From assembly GCA_002269645.1 (NCBI GenBank), contig NIVC01000616.1:248001-312000 (forward strand): a DNA stretch of 64,000 nucleotides. The letters run 5' to 3'. The position numbers and the translations under genes are program-made. Below the pieces are notes generated by a model. The model was not told where the DNA came from, searched no databases, and saw only the letters and a program-made list of their open reading frames with translations. This DNA comes from Macrostomum lignano. Its lineage: Eukaryota. Shown piece by piece: positions 35,648-48,171 of this stretch. Position 1 is the first letter of the stretch. Each line of letters opens with the position of its first letter.

Positions 35648-37133
35648 GCACCGCGAATCTGCCTTTGTTTAAAGTGATGCTCAATTTTGGAAATTAATAA
35701 AATTTGAAGGGTTGATTTATGAATTAATTTATAAATTAAATTAAAAATAAATTAAATTAAGTTACTGTTAATTTATACATTATAACTTGTTTGAAAAAGT
35801 TTTTATTTAACCAGGTCCGAAATCCTGAAACTAAGCTTAATATTATCGCCGGCAGTCCGATTCCAGAAGTTAATTTTCGTGCTTTCTGAAAAATCAGTAT
35901 CAATTAAAGGTGTAAGTTTATGTTAAGCTTACGCTCTTATAACCATCTAGACGACTATTTTTCTGTCATTCTGTTTCAAGTTGCACCATAAATTTCAATT
36001 TCCAGCCCCATGGGACAAAAGTAATTTCAAATGAGGCAAATTTTTTATGGCCTAAATAGAGGAGCTTTGGCTTTCCAAAAAAAATCGTTGCTGGTGAGGC
36101 TCTTTAAGAAATCATTTTCAAGTATGCAAAAATGTGGCGCTGCTTCAGTAGCTTATTGCAGGTTTGCAGCAAAACCAGCCTAAAACAAACAAATGAGCAC
36201 AAAGGACCAAAGCATGTCCTGGTGTATGCACCTCATGGGTACTGACGGTACCGTGCAACTTGGCTGTGTCACTCCTGACAATTTTTCAACGTCATGTAAA
36301 TTCAGGATGCCAAACTTCAGATCAAATCCATAGAGAAAGTTTGCACATTTGAAATTGCCTCTGTCAGTCAATGATTTATTACTAAATTGTTAACAGTAAT
36401 GGAAGCCAGAAAATAATTGATTAATAGCCCTACAAATAAATTTTCCATGTTTTAATACGCTTTACAATTCAGTTTTTGTTTTTCTTCGCTGTACTGATCG
36501 GTTTCGTTCCTTATCGGTTTTGAAAGGTGCTAAAGTTAAGCAGTTTACTGCTTAAACTGTTTATTGCTAAATGCTTCCAATTCTAATAAAGATTACAATT
36601 TTTCTATATACGAGCTAGTTGTTACCAGCAATCGCACTTTTGATGATGACCAAGCTACCTGGTGTAAAAAAAACTAGGAATCAAAATGTTTAACGTTTTC
36701 TTAGAACTGAAGTATGTTTGCAACTTCAAATATGAACTTATTTGTATCGGATTTGAAAATCACTGTAATAGTGACAACTTGGTCGTATAAGCAATATAAA
36801 ATTTACCCAATACAAGCGTTAATTCAACTTCAAATAATTGATTAGTTTTCACTTTTTTTACTTTTAACCAAAAATATGGCTGGCTCTGTTTATTTATTCC
36901 TTTTTTATATTTCGTTATTGTTTTTTAAAATCTGTATCCAATCCAGTCCAGAACCCTACGTTGAAGGTGCCGACGACGTCAGGATGATAACGGAATGCTT
37001 GACAAACTAGTTTAGGATGCCCAACCTGCAAAATTCAAGTGTCTCATGGGTGTCTCCTTCGCCAGTAAAGGCCCAATAAGTGTGCCAGTGCCAACAAATT
37101 GCCTTGATGAGCTAATACTTTCAAACGAATCTA

Positions 37134-38071
37134 TGATGTAGCCGCCCTTGTCGCCCGTCGGCTCCGCGGGGAGGCGAACGCATGACCAGAGGGGGCAATG
37201 ACCGTAGGCTGCCTATGACCTGGCAATGACCTGACGGACCTCCAGCACCAGACTGTCCCGCCCACATGATAATAGCTTTGGTAGCGCTTTCGTAACCAGA
37301 GGGCCAAGAACCCACATGGACCCCACCTGTAGCCAAGGTGCAATAGTTGGTCACTCGGTCATAGCATGACCGAGTAGCTGCAACCACTCTATGTGACCTG
37401 GTGCACCTGGATCTTACTTACTACCAGACCTCTCGAGGCTAGAGCCCCGCCTGGATTGATTACCAGGGGATTTAGGCTAACATGGGAGACACATGCAGCC
37501 GAGTACAGGGACTCTGCTTGGGGCATGATCGGGAACTCTGGGCTCAATCTGGAGAATTTCTCAGCAGGGGATTCTTTGTGGCTGTGAGCGAGGCAGACTT
37601 GCGGCTTCAATTACTAAGAGTAGTGTGAGATGAACATGTACTAGCTATAGTTGAGATTGCTCAGGGCGAAGGGACGCGTCAGCATGGGGGTGCAACCTTC
37701 CTACTGCCATTATGTGCCAAGACTCGCTAATCCCCTCTACTGCACGCACACACAGGCGGGCTTTGCACGGGGAGAGGCCATTAGCTTGCCCAAACTTCCT
37801 TATGCTTTGCCACCCAGGGAGAAGGCTTAGCAAGCCATGAATGAAATGATGGTGAAAGTGTGAATAATGAGGAGGTTAGTTAATAGTTAATAATTAGGCC
37901 CTTCGGCAAAATAATCAGGCAATTAGGCGGCTTCACTATTGAGTAAAATACAGCAAAAGATACGGTATCACAATTGGTTCAGCTCTCTAATCAAGCAATG
38001 GGAAGTAAGCAAACCCCGGATAAGCAAAGGCAATTAGAGCACAGATTAGTAACAGGAACTTACCGGCGGCT

Positions 38072-38136
<65 letters not shown>

Positions 38137-39297
38137 TGGAATGACCGTGAGCGGCTGCTGGCTGCAGTCAGGCAGACTGTGATGCGCTGAAGCGACGAGG
38201 CGCTGACGTAGTTCAGGCGATGCTGAACAATACATGCTGGGCGGTAACAGACCGCGGGCCGGCAGAGGTTCGTCCTATAGACGAATGGGTCAGATCAAGG
38301 TCTGACAGCGAGTCCAAAGAAGGACCAGAGGAGAGCCAAAGTCTTAAAAGTTGAGGATTCCCATGCCGAAAACCGCTTCCTTATATAGCCTTCCCAGCCG
38401 CCGCCTCAAGGTCGTTTCCATGACTCCCTCTCTCTGATTGGCTGCCGGCAAAATGACGTCAGAATGAGTCATGATGAGAAGCATGAGAACGGCATAGCAA
38501 CATGAGAAATGGGAAAATTGCGCAATCTGGAGGTGGGGTGGGAGGATAATTGGCGCAGCGGGAGGTCGCGAAAGTGTTGCGCGAGCAAACATTGAGAACA
38601 ATGGGGCTGGGGTCGAGAACAAAGGAAATGGAAATCGGGGATAATTGGGGAGAATCGATAACAATAGAAAAGTAAACATTAGAGAAAGGGTGCTAGTTGG
38701 GTGCGAAAACGAGAACAAAAGAAAGAGAAAATCGGAGAAAATGTGATAATTAGGTGCGAAAGGAGAACAAAAGAATCAAAAACGAGAACAATAGAAGCGG
38801 AGGTGGGGTGGGTGTCGCATGAGAAATTTGAGGAGGAGAACAATGGCATGAGAAAAGGTTGCGCAAGAGAGGTTGATGAGTCATCGAGGGGAAAGAGGGG
38901 TCACAAGACTTGCGTCACCGTTTGGGAGTTTAAGTAAGGGATGGGGTGACGATGAGCGCACAAAGTACTGTCAGTAGGTACCAGAAGAGGGGGGACAGCG
39001 CAGGAAAACAGTGCAAAAAGATGGAAAGCGGGAAAAGTACATGATAGATAGGGTAGAACGCCTGGGAAATAGGGTAGCGGGTGGGGTACAGAGAGGGATA
39101 GGGGCTCCGGAAAGGCATGCGTGGCGGCGTGGGAGACGGAGCCGAGGCAGCAGGGGGTGCAGCAGAGCGGGAGTCAGCAGGCCTGGTCAGAGACCTGGCC
39201 CAGTCTCGACGGCTCTGCTCCGGAGGTGCACGGAGATTGGAGGTACTTTTGAAAAATTTCCCTAGCCATATCCCGCGACCAGAGCGTGGTTACATCA
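37134..39297 (-). mobile_element. Solo-LTR-like element (~2.16 kb), TGATGTA...TACATCA, 4-bp TSD TCTA
   Basis: TSD at 37130-37133 and 39298-39301; reverse-complement homologue of 52554-54772. Confidence 0.88.
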
Positions 39298-39349
39298 TCT
39301 AGTGTATTTAAAAGAAGACAACTTATGGGCATTCTTGATCAAATGTGAG

Positions 39350-41100
39350 GCTTATAATTCGCATAGATCTGCGTTGGCATATATCATTTGCCCTACAAGT
39401 TTCCATACTTTGGTAAAAATGGCCATATTACCACTGTGTGTCGTAAGTGATGAAACAATTCTCATTTTCTTTCTACGCTCGTAATTGTTACTCCAAGTCA
39501 GTGGCCGTGGCATGACGTGAATTTCGATTTTCGCAAAAATCCGATCCCAATACGCGAAAGCAAGCAAACCTTTGATTCCTTTGAATTGAACCATTTCGCA
39601 GTACTTTTGCATTTGTCGCTCATTATGAAAGGGTGACAAGTAGTTCTAACTGTACGCTCGTAATAAGTAAGAGACAAATTAAGAGTAACAATGAGCCCGA
39701 GGGACCGAAAGTGTCCAATTTTCGGCCGACAGTAGACTTTCGAGCATTATCGTCATCTGTCACTTCTGGCTAAAATAGAATTTTTTGGCATTCAGTTGGT
39801 TTTTTCTCATTCAACTTACTTTTAGTTATGTTTTATGGGCACCGACAAGGTGTCACTTTCGGCGCCAAAAGTGTTTGGAAGAGGAGTCCCTTTTGGCTAG
39901 CTTTTCCCTATTTTTTAATTAAAATTTATGACCGAACCTGTCAAGTTCGGCCCTTGAGTTCAAGTTCAAGGTCGATGATCAAGAGGTCGCCCGCGGTTGC
40001 CTGGGCTGCACCAAATCGGAAAATTCGACTTTGGTTATAACAAGTTGGCCACTGGAAGTTTATTTATAGTGGCGACATTCAGTGATTTTCGACAGCCCTC
40101 TCGGCAGACGGGGTTCTATATCTTTATCGTCGTGGAACTCCGTTGTCTTCTCCCCGAATCAACATTATCTGGGATCAGCGACAGCAGTCATAATCCAAGA
40201 TTGGCAGCAGAAGTCATTCGGTCAGTCTGGAGTCTGGACTTCCTGGTCACCAGCAGCTTGATTGGTTGGATTTGATGAGTGGTGTCGGATTTCCATCCTC
40301 CAAATAATTGTACTTTCTGTTTTGCAATTCAGCCTCGTACTTTTCAGTTAGCCGTCTCCCTTCGTCTACCATACTCTTCCCTGCAGACAATCTCAACCGT
40401 TAATTCACCATAAATAATTCAGCTAACCTGTTTATTATTGTTAGTATACATACAACTTCAACCCGCGGCTCAGGCCCTCCACTTCTTTTCTGCCCAGCTA
40501 ATCACTTATAGCTCGTATTATTAGTTTATTGTCTATACGACAAGTGGCCTTCTTGACCTGCTTTACTGGATGCACTTTTAGTCTGACCTTTTTTCAGTAG
40601 TCTGAAAGGAATAGAACTTTTGCTTATTTGCTTTTGTGTACGTTCAGCAGAATGACCTATTTGCTCTGTAGAGACCCACAAGAACCCCCCTGCAAACGTC
40701 TTGTGTCCCTGCATGTTCAATGCGATCCAGTACCAGCAGTGTCGCTTCATATCGGCTACGACTTTAAGATTGACAAAAAAGGTTAACGAGTTTAGGATTA
40801 ACTAACTCCACCTTTCAAAATTCTTTCTGCTCTTGGGGCTGACCTTCAAGCAGGGGGAAGGCCAGAGCACTCAGCGATTAATTTCTGCACTTTGAGGCCC
40901 AAGAAGCCTTGCGATCCAAAAGCTCAAGAAGGCTGGACTTACTCGTATCTGAAGCGGGTGTTCAGTACCAATTTATAAGCATAAGTTTGAAAGGTTTGCA
41001 ATGAGTTATGGAACAAGTGCAGCATCATGGGATATTTTTAACTACCTCGCATTCCCTTCGCGCCCATTCCAGGGACAGAGTTGCAATTGCCTCCATTTTG
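39350..41100 (-). pseudogene. Possible decayed multi-exon gene, interrupted by the LTR
   Basis: Short protein-like stretches with scattered stops and splice-like sites. The frame continues across the LTR site once the element is removed. No family recognised. Confidence 0.25.
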
Positions 41101-41394
41101 TGAATTGCATTTCAGTTGATTGCCTAATATGACGTTATTGCTGCCAGCGAGCCCTCGGGACTGGAATTTGCAACCGGTCTATTATCAATTGCTATCGTGA
41201 GAACACTGCATGGCTACCGCAGTTGTGGGGTGTGCGGCACTTATATTAATCATCTGTTTGTTGATCAGCTAAAAATGCAGAGCCATTACGTATAAAATGG
41301 GATGCAGCTTCAACAGACCTGCACATGCCGCTTCTGTGAGACAGCTCTCAGCGATTATTGCCTCCCTCTCTTTACTTCGTCCAAAGCCTCGCAG

Positions 41395-44300
41395 ATGAAT
41401 TTCCTAATTGGAATCCTGGGCTGCCTGCTCCCAGCCGCGGTCCTTGGTCGGCAGTTCCATCTCACGCAGGTCGGCTGCTTCAAGGATCTGGTTAACGGCA
41501 CGCGAAGGGATCTGAGAGAGCTGAAGGACTTCGGCTTCAACAGGCTCGGAGATGCTGTCTTGCAGCATGGATCGTACGACAATTTCCTGTCGAACACGTC
41601 TGTTTTCAGCGCCTCGATGACTCACGAGCTGTGTGGCAGCGTCTGCGCTCTCGGAGGCAATGCGTTCATTGGCCTGCAGTCGGGCTGGTGTCACTGCAGC
41701 AACTCCTACGGAAGCCAGGGAGCCGTCGCCCTGGCCGAATGCAGCTCAGGCTGCCCCGGAAATATGTCGCAAGTCTGCGGCGTTAACTACCGGAACATTG
41801 TGCTCAAGATAAGCTATGCCAGTGAGTTGGGGTACCCGCGTTGTCAAAAAGCGATTTTACACTTTGCCGAAGTTGTCACTTCGTCATTGTTTGTCACTAT
41901 GTACAGGATGGGCTTTTCCTTTGACAATAAGAAGATTTAGCTGTAGGGATGGGCATTTTGGTGTGTTTAGAGGCTGATGTACAAGTTTTCCTATATTTGC
42001 GTGTAAAGAGCGAGGATGTCAACTTAGTCCCTGGAATGGAAGCGATGCACCAGAGCGACGCTTCCAGCAATGGCCGCTCAATAGGAAGGCTCTGTGACTG
42101 TTTATTTGATGGAGCAATGGCAACTCAAGAGGGACAACTGCCTCTGTGGTTAACCTCCCCATCCCACTTATCTTCCTAGCCCTCTCAGCCCTCTCATTGT
42201 GAATGGATTTATTTAAAAAATACATTAAAAATTTATGCATCCTGATTACAAGGACGACTTAAGTAGAAGGACGGGAAACCTTGTTTCTTAGAAAATTTTA
42301 GAAGGCAGGTTTTCCCGAAAAAATACACTACGGAGATAGGAAATTTTCATTTTTTCAGCACAAAAATTGTTATTGCTTTTGATAGGAGGCAGATCCAGTG
42401 TTCATCTTTTGATATGCTGTGCTTTTCTTATTGCTCTATCGATATTCATAAAGCTTTTCGTTCAAAGAAGTAGAGTTTTATGTTAATTTTTTATTCTACG
42501 TACATTTCCTGTACCTAAAAATAATAAACATGCATTTCACGGCTCTAAATCTTTGGTTTTATAAATCCATTTAATCATTTGTGCTACGCGTATTTGTTAC
42601 ACAGTCAGATAACAATGATAAAATAGACTCATAAAACCAAAGAGCTGAGCCTTGATATTCTAATATGGTTTTAGGCACAAGACATGCGCAAATGTACGTA
42701 GAATAAAAATTAACATGTATGGATTACTGATTAATGATCGGCCCGTTCCATCGCTGTAGACCAAAGATCATATATACACAAGATGGGCCACTCATTAACC
42801 GCTTATGTGGCCACATGAAAGCTAATGTAAAAAAAATTGCATCTCGCGACAGCGCGAAAATCAACTACTGAAATCAATTTCGTCAGTAGTCTGTGCCGTG
42901 AATTCATGTGAATTCATCATTCCTAGTTCAATTGAGTAGCTTTTTAATTCATTCATTAGAATTTTTATTCAATTCTGCAAAAATAGCGTCTATGTCCCTA
43001 AGCTACTGAACTCAAATTTATAAGCAACCCATGTCGGCTTTTTTGCACAAGTGACGAAAAACAGCGTTCACGCTTTCCCCATTGCCGAAATACAAAGTGG
43101 CCTATCTAGACAACATAAGATCTATACTGTAGATAGGAAAAATGCATTCTTTTAATAGCAGCCTCTAATAAAATGGCACCCCAACTATAATGAAATGGCA
43201 CTACAACTATAATAAAATGGCATCCCAACTATAATGAAATGGCACTACAACTATAATGAAATGGCTCCCCAACTATAATAAAATGGCACCCCAACTAAAA
43301 TGAAATGGCTCCCCAACTATAATAAAATGGCTCCCCAACTATAATGAAATGGCTCCCCAACTATAATAAAATGGCTCCCCAACTATAATAAAATGGCTCC
43401 CCAACTATAATAAAATGGCACCCCAACTGTAATGAAATGGCTCCCCAACTGTAATAAAATGGCACCCCAACTATAATAAAATGGCTCCCCAACTATAATA
43501 AAATGGCACCCCAACTATAATGAAATGGCACCCCAACTATAATGAAATGGCTCCCCAACTATAATAAAATGGCACCCCAACTATAATAAAATGGCACCCC
43601 AACTATAATAAAATGGCTCCCCAACTATAATAAAATGGCACCCCAACTATAATAAAATGGCTCCCCAACTATAATAAAATGACACCCCAACTGTAATGAA
43701 ATGGCTCCCCAACTGTAATGAAATGGCACCCCAACTATAATGAAATGGCACTACAACTATAATTAAACGGCACCCCAACTAAAGAAATGGCATCCCAACT
43801 AATGAAATGGCATCCCAACTGTAATGAATGGCACCCCAACTGTAATGAAATGGCACCCCAACTACTCGTATAATAAAATGGCACCCCAACTGTAATGAAG
43901 TGGCACCCCAACTGTAATGAAATGGCACCCCAACTGTAATGAAATGGCTCCCCAACTATAATAAAATGGCTCCCCAACTATAATAAAATGGCTCTCCAAC
44001 TATAAAAAAATGGCACCCTAACTATAATAAAATGGCACCCCAACTATAATGAAATGGCACCCCAACTATAATAAAATGGCACCCCAACTATAATGAAATG
44101 GCACCCTAACTATAATAAAATGGCACCCCAACTATAATGAAATGGCACCCTAACTATAATAAAATGGCACCCCAACTGTAATAAAATGGCACCCCAACTA
44201 TAATAAAATGGCACCCCAACTATAATAAAATGGCACCCCAACTATAATGAAATGGCACTCCAACTATAATAAAATGGCACCCCAACTATAATAAAATGGC

Positions 44301-44809
44301 ACCCCAACTATAATAAAATGGCACCCCAACTATAATGAAATGGCACCCCAACTATAATGAAATGGCTCCCCAACTATAATAAAATGGCTCCCCAACTATA
44401 ATTAAACGGCACCCCAACTAATGAAATGGCATCCCAACTAATGAAATGGCATCCCAACTAATGAAATGGCATCCCAACTAATGAAATGGCATCCCAACTA
44501 CTGAAGGTTGACCCTCGCTTGCTCATGGAGGCCACTGTCAGATTAACCATGACGCACCAACCTCCACTTCCAGACAAAAACCTCTTCGTCCCTGGCAACC
44601 GCACCCTGATCGGCATGAATAAGCCGGAGGCGCCAGCCTTCTCGACCGTTGGCGCTCGAACACTCACCGAATGCGTGTACCTGTGCGGTGCTGACTGCCA
44701 GGCGGTGATCTTCAGTCGGCAGCAGCGCCTGTGCCACCTGCTGGAGTATGCTGTGGTGCCAGCCGCCCTCAACAGCACCAGTAGTGGCGAGTACTTTGTC
44801 CGTGGCTGA
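41395..44809 (+). CDS. Secreted WSC-domain + PAN/apple-domain protein; exons 41395-41821 and 44574-44809 (220 aa)
   Basis: Signal peptide MNFLIGILGCLLPAAVLG; WSC GCFKD...MTHELCGSVC...FIGLQ..WCHC...C..GCPGN..QVCG; PAN TLTECVYLC..DCQAVIF..QQRLCHL. Phase-1 intron A|gtgagt...cttccag|AC; total 663 nt. Confidence 0.8.
42248..42716. mobile_element. Truncated copy of the 28603 MITE in the WSC-PAN intron
   Basis: CAAGGACGACTTAAGTAGAAGGACGGGAAA... left TIR and interior match; most of the right TIR is missing. Confidence 0.85.
43170..44500. repeat. 21-bp intronic minisatellite (AAATGGCACCCCAACTATAAT)n
   Basis: Directly visible. Confidence 0.95.
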
Positions 44810-44814
44810 CACAG

Positions 44815-45765
44815 CAAGAGTGCCCAGTCTACGGTCGAATGTTTTTGTAGGTTTTCAATGGAATTTGTCAATGGACTTAACTTATCTATTAGGAACCTGA
44901 TTCTCTCCTGTTTTTCTAATAACACAAAGGTCAATCTGTTAGTTACTCTCGTAGACGATTTTTTAATAGTAGTACATTGTGCCAATTGAAAAAAAGTCTA
45001 GTTTGACTGACGAAGCTAAGAGGTCGAATTCCAGTGATGTGCTGATCAAACTCCCATTCCTTGGTGTCCCGTCCCTGAGTCTGGTAAGGGGCTTAAAAGA
45101 ACTTTCTTGAAGTATTTCAACTCTCGGGTTATGGTTGTGTTTCAGACCGCCAAAATCGGCCAGTTTGTTAGCAGGTTGAAGTCGAAGGCCCCTAGAGCTC
45201 TGTCTGCTGGTGTCATCTATCAATTTTGTTGCTCTGGTCATCAGAGCACTTCCTACATAGGAAAAACCAAAAGGCATCTGTACACTAGGGCTAGGGAGCA
45301 TAGAATGAATAACTCTGCTGTGCATCATCACTTGCTTAGTTGCAATGCTTGTTGTGAGCATGAGCCGACTGAGCTTTTCTCACTGTTCTGGATAGATGTA
45401 GATTTGATGGCAAACTCAGAGTGCTGGAAGCCTTGCACATTCGTAAGCATCATAGACCTAGTTTGAATACTCAGCTTGCAGGTGGAGGAGCCAGTTTACA
45501 GCTCAAAGTTTTCTAGGCTTGGTGTGGGTTTGCGGCTCTCTCCCCGACAATATTGTTTGCTCTGTGTTTGTTCTGTGTGATGGCCTAATAATTTAATTTA
45601 TTTTCGTCTGTTAATGTACAATTATCGACCGGACTGAAACCATTCGTCTATTGCCCTGTACAGTTTTAGATTTTATTTATTTATTTAAATATACGGAATT
45701 GTGAACCATGAGTGCAAGCCCTGAAGATGACCGCTTGTGTCGAAACGCGTTGGCTATAATAATTT
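44815..45765 (+). mobile_element. Penelope-like retroelement 3' fragment (RT C-terminus + GIY-YIG endonuclease), degenerate
   Basis: IKLPFLG...VMVVFQT.KI...K...GVIYQFCC...SYIGKTKRHLYTRAREH...SAVHHH; PLE-type tail CCTGAAGATG...CGAAAC at ~45720-45747. Confidence 0.85.
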
Positions 45766-46069
45766 ACTTATATGTTGGTGTTGGCCTTCATTTTTCTATT
45801 ATTTTTTAATTTTATTCTAAAGCAGACGAAACATATCAGTAAGTGTGCTTCACCTATAAGATGATATCCGGTACTGTCACTCCATGGTGATCAAAAATAT
45901 ACCGAAATCAAAGAAACAATATAGTGTTTCCGATTCATTTCAACACAAACAGTTAGTATGCTATTGCGGATCAGTGGCGAATGTAAAAATTTTTATGCAA
46001 TAAGTATCTCAATCGTTTCACAGTTCGGCAGCTGAAGAGTCCCTTCTTGTCCGCGAAGCGTCTGGTCTT

Positions 46070-47894
46070 TTAAGTCTTGAAAATTGCTGTCTTTGAGACC
46101 TCGCAGCTTTTTGCGAATGCTGAAAACCTTTTGCGGGTGCAAAACGCATCAGCTACCAGCAGCTCCTGCTCGTCCGCATCGGCCCGCTGGGCCACATCCC
46201 GGATCCACGCCTGGGCGCTCAGTTCGCTCTCTGTTTGCCATTCGAGACGCAGGGCCCACAGCAATGCGTCAAAATTGATGTAGACACAAAACTGATTATT
46301 GTCTAGCACTTTCGGAAAGCAGTGGGACAAAAAATCCTGACCTGGCAATGACAGTTTCGGCCTCTCCTGAAACTCAAACAGAATTTCCACGCGCAGTCTT
46401 GGCCCGTCATCAGATGCCGCCAAACACAAGCAACAGTCGCCTCAGTCGCTGACCTCTCAGCAGACCAGGCGATGCCTCTGCTCACCGAGTGGCCTCTGCA
46501 CTGACTCACGATTCTCTCCGCAGCTTTCCGGTCGCCAAACTTCAGGCAGGCCAGCGCTCTGAGAGCCTCCCGTGCTGAGCGGGCGCAGTCTGGCAGTCGG
46601 GCAGTCAGCTCTGTGAGCGACTCTCGAGATCGCGAGCTGCAGTCGCCGCGGCAGAGATGCTCCAGACACTCTCTTGCCAAATCGTAAATCTCGTAATACT
46701 CAAGTCCACTATCCTTTCGGAGTGGCATTGGCTTTAGATCTGGCAGGGTTTGAAACGGATGGAAGTGGAATATCCCTGACTCGGTCACAGGTTCAAGACT
46801 GCCCATGAACTGTTGAAGCAGCTGAGGGAGCTGATCGATTGCTGTTCTCAATGTACTAGCAAGTGCCATAAGCTGTTTTTTATCCTTCTGAGCTGCACTT
46901 TTTAAGTACACAGCGACGTCGCTCAGAAAGAAGTGCTCCATAATCCGGCCGTGAGCATTGTCGGACGAGTAGCTGCTCTCCACACAGCAAAGCAGCATCT
47001 GCAGCGACATCCTCACGAGGCTCACGAGATTCTCCGGCTTCCATTGCTCGACCGGCGTCTCCTCCACCATTCGGAACGTGATGGTCTTTACGTGGTACGG
47101 CTTGAGGCCTTGCTGGTTGAAGCCGTATTTGTTGCAGATGACCTTCTTGACCAGGTATTTCAGTGTGACGAACAGCTGACCTTGCAAGGTCGTGAGACTT
47201 CTGAGCATCCGCTTCTCTAGAAAGCTGGTGCTCACACGGAGCTCTTGGCCTCCACGCCCAGGAGAGGCCGCATGCACTACGTGACAGGGCGATGCATCGG
47301 AAACGAGACTCTGCTGGAGGGCCCGCAGTACTGACTCTGTGATGTTTGACTCGGAAAGTCGTCGAGGCTGGAGCGGCGCGATAGGCGGGTAGCAGCAGAG
47401 ACGACCGGCGGAAACTTCGTCAAAGGCCGGCCTCAAGGCGGATCCGAGATGCAGAACAGCAGGGTTCGAAGCTGAAAGGCAACAAGTAAAGCAATTACCA
47501 ATCTGCATTTCTTTTGTAACTTTGAATCCAACTTACCGAATCCGGGGCACTGAATGTGTCCATTATTCAGCTCATGCTGGTCTGTCGCACCGCTGCACTC
47601 GCACAGGCCCTTAGGATGGTAAAGTCTCCCTGGAATCAGCCTCATCACGTCAATATCGGACTGGATGTCAACTCTGCCGTCCAGTGTCGTCAGGCTGTTA
47701 CCCCAGCCTTCTGAAAAGCTGCCAACAACGTACAGGTGATTGTAGTTCAGTCTTCTTCTCAGAATCTCTTGCAGAACATCAGCGACAGCACTTTGCAGGG
47801 CGGCTCTGGAGGCCACGAATCCGGAATTATTGAGGGCCGAGTGAAGCATTTGATTCAGCTCTGCGTCGCTGGGAACTTCTCTAAAATGGTGCAT
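46070..47894 (-). CDS. Mab-21-domain nucleotidyltransferase (cGAS-like receptor); exons 47537-47894 and ~46070-47471; 1-nt frameshift near 46378
   Basis: VVGSFSEGWG...SDIDVM NTase motif, FDEV third acidic residue, LRVSTSFLEK, LFVTLKYL, LKPYHVKT, WKPENL, MEHFF (Mab-21). 65-nt phase-1 GT-AG intron. Confidence 0.88.
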
Positions 47895-48171
47895 TCATCG
47901 ACAAATTTCTGTACTAAACAAATGTAAGGTCACAGCTACCAAACAAAATTTTTATACATGATTTAGCATAGGATCAATTGTCTGCTCATAATGCATAGAC
48001 TGTTTTCAAATGTCACTGCTAAATACTCGTACGAGCGTACCGGTATGAGATGACTAAGATTACAATTCACTAGCTAATCGAGCAGCGGCCATAACATTTA
48101 AGGATCTTTCACACCGCTATCAAATGAAGATAAAATTTTGCCTGATCATACAGATTGTACACAAATTTTCG

